Assembly: GCF_964204645.1 (NCBI RefSeq)
Contig: NC_134025.1
Span: 7,688,001 to 7,752,000, forward strand
Reading direction: 5' to 3'
DNA from: Tubulanus polymorphus
Taxonomy: Eukaryota > Animalia > Nemertea
Length of the DNA: 64,000 nt
Shown here: positions 55,601-64,000 of the stretch, one piece after another
Numbering within the stretch: position 1 is the stretch's first letter
Layout: each line of letters opens with the position of its first letter
Made by a program: the position numbers and the translations under genes
The notes under the pieces: generated by a model
Seen by the model: only the letters and a program-made list of their open reading frames with translations
What the model was told of the DNA's origin: nothing
Databases searched by the model: none

Positions 55601-58600
55601 ACTATTGACCATTATAATAAACTTCTTGACTTCCGCTCAAGAGCCAATATATATCTACATATTCGAGAGTCGCATCAGCGAAAGTTGATTTCGCCAGTGA
55701 TAATTCTACTTATTTACGTCGATGAGTTAAATTGTATGCGTATAGACTTTCATTTATAAACGAAGTTTTACGGCGATCCTTTGATTGATAAACGAAATTT
55801 CAGCTACGGCTTGGTGTCGGTAATTGCGTTGATTTGACTTGCAATAGGGCGGCGTTATGGCTAGATTAATGCCTCTAATCTCAAGCTAATTAGTAAGGTG
55901 CGTGGACGTATTGATTGGGCAAGTAATCATTTGTGTTCTCTCTGCTAAGAAGGTAGATCTAATTACTAGTATCGGCAGTAATGTAACGGACTTTTGCTAT
56001 GGGAATGTTTAAATCGTTGATACTCGGTTGGCTATGATATAATCCAAACTTTTTAGCAATACCTGATGCTGACAGATATAATGTATATCATGATGCAGCT
56101 TCATTAAAGTGAGGGCTCAGCGCTTAGTCTTGGTCTAAGAGGCTTATGTCGATTGAAGCCATCGCAAAGTCAATGATCAATAAAACGACCCTTATTACTT
56201 ATACTGCGTCGGCCGGTCTATACAACATATATATTTCATGAGAACCTAATGAAAGTGATTCTGAATTCAAACCATGAAACGAATAGGTGATGACAAATCA
56301 ACCAAACAGATAATTCAATCTCACAGTGCTAATAACCAGTCAGAATACTATGACGTCTGAGTGTACAAAAATAATCGATTCAGCGAAGTCTAACAGGAGT
56401 TTATAACGAACGAGTGACAAATCCTGTCACTGGTTTACATCAAATTCTAATAGAAATGTTCAGACAGTAAGCGATTTGAAATAATCTCAACAGCAGAAAG
56501 TAAATAGCGCCGTTGGTTAGGTACATATCTAGTTTTGTCACGACATTATCAAGCGATTGGAAATCGAAACGAATGCTACCGAAACAAATGCTTTGTAATT
56601 CGAGGAAACTGGAACGGTCGTTGTTTGGCAATGGACTTCTTTTATCGAAATATGTACAGGCCAAAATACATAAAGAGCCTCTTAATGTATTTTTGTACTA
56701 GTTAACTTCTGTTGATATTTGCTGTAGGTATTTGAACTTATGTACTAACGTCTTTTTCACCAGAACGTACATATGTTTATTTGCTAAATTAGCCATAAGA
56801 GAAAACATGTATCAGGCATACTGGTGCAGATTCTAGCTTTACGGTGTATTTGCAATAGTTTCCGAGTGATTGTGAATTCGCTTCCTATTTATCTTATTTA
56901 CCTTTCGTGATATTTTCAACTCTATCCCGTTGTTGTACGGTTTTTGGCCATCTGAGAAATTGTACATTACTTTGCCCTGATTATCTCCGCGAAAAGCCGT
57001 TGACACTGCTGCCTATTCGATCACCGAAATTCAGACAGGCTCTATACCCAATACGCAACCGAATCGATGGCAAAGCTACGGCAGAATAAATGATCAGTGT
57101 GGGAAAAAATCAATCAGTCGATAAATGAATTGAGGAACTTTATATGGCTGGTCATTAACGATGAGAGATAGATCGAATCGTCTTCCTTTAGTCATATCTC
57201 ACGTGTGTTACGCTTAAAAGAATTCCGTAATTACCGTATTTCGGGATGTTGTATTCGATAGTCACCGTCAATTTTTTGCGTGATCACGTTATTAACGGTG
57301 GTTGAGAATGATTAATGAATAAGTATATTGAACATATAATCGAATCAACAGTATTTTCTGAAGAATTGGTTTTACCAGCTTTATGTAAATTACGTCTCTG
57401 ATTAAATCTTCGTATCTTTTTGGTTAGTTTGCGTCATAGCAACATGATTTGACAAGCGAGAAAAATACAAGGATGAGACGCCGGCGGAAAGCCCACTATA
57501 TTTACCTTTTTTGTATGTCATATTGAAATGTTTAATAACCAAAGGGCTCAACATGAGCGCTGGAAACACGTTATTTTGATATGAAAATGGTGAACTTTCT
57601 TATACCGCTGAAAGGTAGAACTTTTGTGTATATTATCCTAGAGGGCATTTTCATCACGTAGATTCTTCTTTACCTCTTCGCCTGCGGTAGAATAATCAGT
57701 TTGAGCTGGTAAGACTGTTCCACGTGGCATTCAATAGTAGAAAATCTTGACATGAAATTGAATACGCTTACTACTTTCAAATCCTACATTAAAATACCTG
57801 TATTGAATCAATCGAACCTTTTTATAAGAACTGACAGAGGTAATGCACCCAACGTCACAGCGCGTGATATTGGACGTCAGGCGTTACAGTTAACTGTAAA
57901 ATGTCGCCGTCCACTGCCATTTTACGTCCAATAAGACGCATAATGGATACGATACATACGCATTACCGCTTTATCACTCATTTAGATCCAAACGGTTCTC
58001 AAGATAAAACTACTGTGTGAATATGCAGCGATATTACCTTACATGACCTAGTATTCTTGCTAATTATTTTACAAATCAAAAGGAAATGCCTGGGCGTATC
58101 TTAATCGCGTTGTCATACATGATAGCGGATCAATTCGAATTAAACGAGCTGCGAAAAGCGCCTGTCAATTATTCGAATATAATAAAACATAAGTTAAGCA
58201 GGATACATAGTTTTACGATGTAATTGATTGGTATCCGTGTTTACAGTTGGCAGTGACACCGGTTACCCTGGTGTTTTATCCCTTTACAAAGGCAGTAGAC
58301 AAAGCCAAGCCGGAAAGTTGATGAGAAGCGCCCTGACTTTATTAACTTCGATTGATATGTCATTCTGTCACGAGGAATTATCAATGTAAGCCGAGAGTTC
58401 GGATTCATCTACCGTGCTGTAGTTAGTTATGCATATAATAGCACATAATATGCACAAAACTTCTCTAAAACAACAGGAACTGAATTATATATTCATGATT
58501 ATTCATTGTATTATTCATTATTCCTAAACCTTGAATTATTCGATGGAAATGAATGATTTTCAATAATCTACTTTTTTGAACTTATAGGCATACCGTTTTA

Positions 58601-58924
58601 TATCGTTGAAACTAGATTACGTGTGCACGTAGACCTGATATAGAAATACCGCCACACTGAATAATTTGCAAGAATGAAAACTAGCGGTCCAGGAACACCA
58701 TGCCCACTTAATGGAATGCTTGATGATCTGACAATTCAATATTTAATGCCCCCTAGTGAATTTATACAGTAATCAATGGGCTTGAAACTCGACGCAATCA
58801 TAGAGCTACAATTATCTGCAATTGATTGTGGTTACAAAATATGCATAGCTACCAACATATACGGAAATACCATATCATTTCGAGGTAGAACTTCGCAATG
58901 AATCACGAAAGACGAGTAAGATAT

Positions 58925-59068
58925 AAGTCCCACAATCACGAAATCGAAAAAAATGTTTAAAATATCGTAACGTAAAATTTATCAAGAATCCGAATTTTCG
59001 GTTTTCAACTAAAAACTATTATCAAGAAATAAAATTCTTTTTTTTTCGATTTCGTGATTGCGGAACTT
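58925..59068. mobile_element. MITE-like element with 28-bp terminal inverted repeats
   Basis: aagtcccacaatcacgaaatcgaaaaaa versus the reverse complement of ttttttcgatttcgtgattgcggaactt (26/28); 144 bp, AT-rich interior. Confidence 0.75.
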
Positions 59069-62000
59069 TTTCGGACGTACAGTTTACAAAAGAGAATCAA
59101 CTGTCAACATCTATTCACATGCGTCGAAGTTATGAAACATATTGTATCTTATACTTCCGAAGAGAAGGGGCAGAGATTTCGTCACGGACGATCGTATCGA
59201 TCTAAACAGATAAGATCGAATTGACCGGAAGAATACGGGACATCGTTAAAGCTATCAAGAGACCGAACCGCCAGACATCGCTAAGCCGTCTCAAGCGAGC
59301 CACGGTCAATAACTAAATTCTGCCTGTATTTTATATGCCACTCTACGGAGATATATACATAAAATCGTCATGTAATATTCATGACAGTGCGACGCTGAGT
59401 ATATTCTTTTACCAAGGTTCTCTTCTTGTTGCGCGCACTTTTCCTGTTCAAACCAAAACCATGGTGCGCACACAAGATAAAATTACCAATATCATGAGAT
59501 TCTGGTGACAAGGCATCGGCATCCTGTCTTACTTGTCCGTATTTTGCCGATAAATGTCAGGATCTAATGTGAAACAGCGTTTAATGGAAGAAGTGCGCAT
59601 GTATAATTCCAACGCGTATCAGTCAGAATTTTGACACATTCTAAAAACATAAATTGTTTATTATTCGGCGTTTCGTATCGATTCAACGTAGCCTTGAAAA
59701 TGCCCTTGATGAATCTCTGATATTATGCTCTATCGCGCTTCATACGCTCATTTTTTTGCGGTGTGAATAATGAATGGTATCTATAAACAGAAATGTGAAA
59801 AAATTAAAAGGCTTCAACACCAAATAAATTCTTAATAAATCCTCACAAAATTGTATAGCGGAAAGGTATCATACGATGCCGATACTAATGAAATAATGGA
59901 TTTTGTTGGATTTTTGATAAAATGGATCTTTTTTTTTGCATTTCTAGGGAATTCCCCTATTTGGTACAGCCTTTGGGCTTGGGGATGTCCTTTCAATTAT
60001 GTAGGACAAGTTTACATTAAAGCATTATAAAAATCTTGTACATATATTGACGAATAGATATATTATAGATATATTATGTTAGTATGCATCAAAAGATGTC
60101 GATTTGAAAGACATCACCCCCGTTCAAGGAAATGAGCTCACATTTTCCTGTCCAGATAGGTGGTGATTTGCCGATTTGTTTGCCATCTGAGAAGTTCGAA
60201 CGCATTCATTTCAGCATTTTATACTTGACACCATCATTAGAAACTCTCGTATAAAACGGGACGATAGGATCTCGCGAATAAAAGAAAGCCCTTCGCAGCT
60301 CATAAAACTGTGTAAGTGGTAATGGGAACTGAGTGCCTGATGTAACTGCTTCCGAACTGCTGCATATATTTCAGGATTGCAACTGCTAAGATCGATAAAC
60401 TCCCGAATAAGCAAACAGCCAAAGTAATAAAAGATGTTTAGCACGATTCCAGTTGTTATCTTGTTCCCTACACTGATTAAGCGCATTTCATGGGGGATGT
60501 TTTCGCTGTTGTCGTGACATTTAACGCTAGCAGTTATTACAATAACAACAACAACAAAACAGAAATGCGTAAAATGTAACTTCTAGGACGCCGAAGTATT
60601 TTTGGTTCAGTGTAAAGCATATATTTTAATGATTGATTATTGAGGTGCCATTTAACAGCCTGTTTTATTACTTCACTACACGTAATATCGACCGAGCTTT
60701 AGACGTCTGAAATATTCTAACCTCTTTGACTTCTGCGAATGACCAAACTCCTGCAGGGACACAACTAAGAGCGGTTTAACTCGATCGCGCCTCTTAACGA
60801 ATTTTGATTAGATATTTATTGGCTATTTGGAGCCAATTATCAGCAAACCTCTGATCTCATGGGGTGGGAGAAACTCGCGCAGAATAACCGTTAACCGAGT
60901 CAGGATACGAGAAACAACGGTATCAATTACCCATTCGTCATGGGACTATATGGATTGGAGTGTTTCAAGACGGATCGCATCTCGTTGGCTCGGGGTTGAA
61001 AGCTGAGTTTTGTAGGCTCCAATGTATAGCTATTGAATTCATTAAAAAACATCAGTGATTTTAATAGATTACGACAGCGCACCGAGTAATCTACAAAAAT
61101 CACTAAGAAAAATCCAATTCACACTAAGCTTATCAGCATATTTCAAGATTTTCATGTTTAAATGAAATAATAGATGCATTGAAATTCCAACCATCAGAAT
61201 CCCTGTCAAGTGAAACGAATTATTTTAAATGAAAGTTCCCATGTGTTTTGCGCTATTGTTTAATTCATGAAACGAACGATGCCGCTGCATTCTCCTTCCT
61301 GTAAAACCTGTTACCGCATCACACGCCGCAGTTACTCGCTGTCGGAGTCGAAGCCAATTCTCCCTCCGAACAAGAGAACCTAATAGGCATGCGAATATGT
61401 ACGGCGCTAACAATACACCGGAGAACAAACACAATTTCTAAACTATATGGAAAAAACACCAATTTTTTAACGGAAAACTTCAGTTTAGTTGTCTAAGAAC
61501 TAACTGTCTATCAGTGAGCATTAACCCGCCTAAGCTACAAATATGAGACCTGGGTACTGTTAAATATAATCAGTATTCAACTATTTCGACTTGAATAATT
61601 ATTTCATATTGCAAAAACGAATCATATCTATTCACTGACAGTTGGATGAAAGTAGAACTAAACATTTAACCGGTTTTCAATCGCGGAAATGCATTATATA
61701 TGCGACAAGAGCTAATATCTAGTGCAGACGAATAATTGCTCTCGCTTACAGGAGCTGTAGTTTACGACCAATAACCCAGCGTAGGTACAAACGACGCCAA
61801 CTGGACTATGGCGTGTTCCATCGCCATTTTGTAAGATAACCTTCCATTTGAACGGGATTCCAGCTCAAATAGATGCATTATAAAGCTTATGCAAACATTT
61901 GCGAGAATTGCAACAGATGTCGTCGAAATCTGGACAAGCAAATATTAAAACTATCATTCTGTACGTGCGGATGGAAAAATGTCAATTCATTCAAACAAAG

Positions 62001-63891
62001 GTTTTCCATGATGGAGTATTTCAGCTACGACTAGGAAAGATTCGTTCTCATATACAGTATAACTATCAACCTTTCAAACAGAGCTGTGCTCATTCATTCA
62101 AACTATCACTTAACGAATTAACATCTAATTCACAAAGCCATACACGCCGAATCATTAGAATAAACGTCTGTTCTTAGAAGCCGGTATCTCCGATCATTTA
62201 GAAAAAAAAAAACATTTTTATAGTAAAAAGGAATCGATGTCTGTAAGTGTGAAGTCATTTCTTCCGCTGTATTACATCCTCACTCGGCTTAACATTTCTG
62301 TTCGTTGCCGCTATACTCGACTCAAGAAATGTTCGCAGAAATCCGATATTTCCCGAATAAGACTGCTAAAAGTGGCAAGCTCTCCACGGGCTGAATCCCT
62401 ACTTCGCAATAATAATCTACTGGTATTGGACAATGTACTTCAAATTGTACACGATAGGCCATGTATACCAGTTCGTATTCCGTGCACGATCATGGGTATG
62501 TGGACCATAATGAATATAGGCTTATAGGATATAGGATTTACAAATTATAATATTCAGAATCATACAGGGGTGAAGTTTTACCAATATACGCTTTTCAATT
62601 TTACTGACAATTTTAATGTTTAACCTAAATTTGGAAGCAAAAACACAAGGTCTCCATCAAGAGGTCTCCATCTCTGAAGTATGTTACGAACGAGTGTGTT
62701 GCAGCAAATTGTTCAGGAGGAGATAGCGTTCATAAAACGAATCGGTTTTGGCGAGCTCTCAAATAGATAATGGAATAGAAGGACAAGAGATGATGTTTTA
62801 TACTAAAAATGAAAACTTCGCGTTGCATTTCAGATTGTTGAGTCGAATCTAAACAACAATGAAATGAACACTATCAACCGATCGAAGTTTTTAGTTCTGC
62901 GGAACGAGAGTTACAGCGTATGATCACTCGAATGTGCTTAATGACGCAGTATAATGAGAAATGGACGAAAAATTACGCAGTTTGACGGACAATCGAGTAT
63001 CGTTTTTACGAATGGGAAGCGAGAACTAATTTCCCAAGAGAGTCTTTTGGGCAAAATGAGTTATACTTAAATGAAAACGATTAATCAAGATTCCTAACCG
63101 ATTCTTAATTCGAGTCTGTCGATTTTGGAAAAAAAACTAACAATATGAAAGCCTTTATCCATTCTAGTTAGGGAAACACATAGGACATTGGAGGTTGTGG
63201 CCTTGGCCTTAAGGTTTGATCGTGAATTTTGATTCATCGAAACGGCATTAATCTAGCTGGAACACACGTACGATAACTAATATTTGACAACCTCTCAATA
63301 TAAGCAAGTGATTTCACTGAAAATGCTCATCAAATTAGCAATATGGAATAAAACATCGAGCAAACACATTTACACCAATATTTGGCCAATTGCTTCGTGT
63401 CAATTTCCATCAACATTTTTCCTGGATGGACGTAATTGTATTTTCTGCGTGTTCACCATCTACTACACGAGGCGAGGCTTTAATGGATACATCTCTTTCG
63501 GCACAGAGTGAACCAGCTCGACGCGATGTGGAAATCGTCCATCAGCAGCCTCGACATATAACGAACAACGACGATGTTACATTTATTCCATTGAACAAAA
63601 ATCCGAAGAGCTACAGAGGTGTAGAAAGCATTAGCGGCAAACATTCATAACCAAACAAAACATATACGGCAACATACACGAAATTGTCTATACGATACGG
63701 TATCATGCATTTCGTTCGATTCGCCGCAAGTGGTAACGGTGGAATAAATTTTCTTGCGCAAAAACGCGAAGAATTGTAAATTTGGACAAATGAAAATTCT
63801 AAAATCCGCACATAGTACAATGAGTTTAAATCCGTCCAAATTTAATCGTTTTGCGAGATTATATAGAGGCCTGCTTACTGCATACACTTAC

Positions 63892-63903
63892 CTGTATTGT
63901 TTC
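63892..63903 (-). other. Candidate 12-nt microexon (GAAACAATACAG, ETIQ in phase 0)
   Basis: Preceded by ~70 nt without AG and the tract atttttctttgtattaag|, followed by the perfect donor CAG|gtaagt. Confidence 0.4.
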
Positions 63904-64000
63904 CTTAATACAAAGAAAAATACGAATAAATTAATCACAGTTTAGTCAATAGTATATAAAGTATGCATATAGTTTCTAAAAGGAAGTGGAAGTCAATGGT

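Overview
AT-rich eukaryotic (invertebrate-like, probably lophotrochozoan; inferred) genomic DNA with no long ORFs and no sign of prokaryotic operons, CRISPR arrays or rRNA/tRNA genes. The only firmly identifiable gene is a minus-strand DPP6/DPP10-type gene (dipeptidyl-peptidase-like auxiliary subunit of Kv4/Shal channels). Three phase-compatible exons (12511-12625, 8341-8436, 7311-7405) encode [14 protein letters not shown], the transmembrane helix and the start of the extracellular beta-propeller. I could not find later exons with confidence; they probably lie left of the window. The ~51 kb to the right looks like the gene's very long 5' region. It holds several candidate alternative first exons ending in phase-0 donors; the best encodes a basic N-terminus with five tandem PKA consensus sites. 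It also holds a candidate recursive splice site and a candidate 12-nt microexon. The rest is microsatellites, MITE-like and HINE-like repeats, a dispersed repeat family, a hammerhead-like retro-insertion flanked by a target-site duplication, and a few possible decayed ORF relics.
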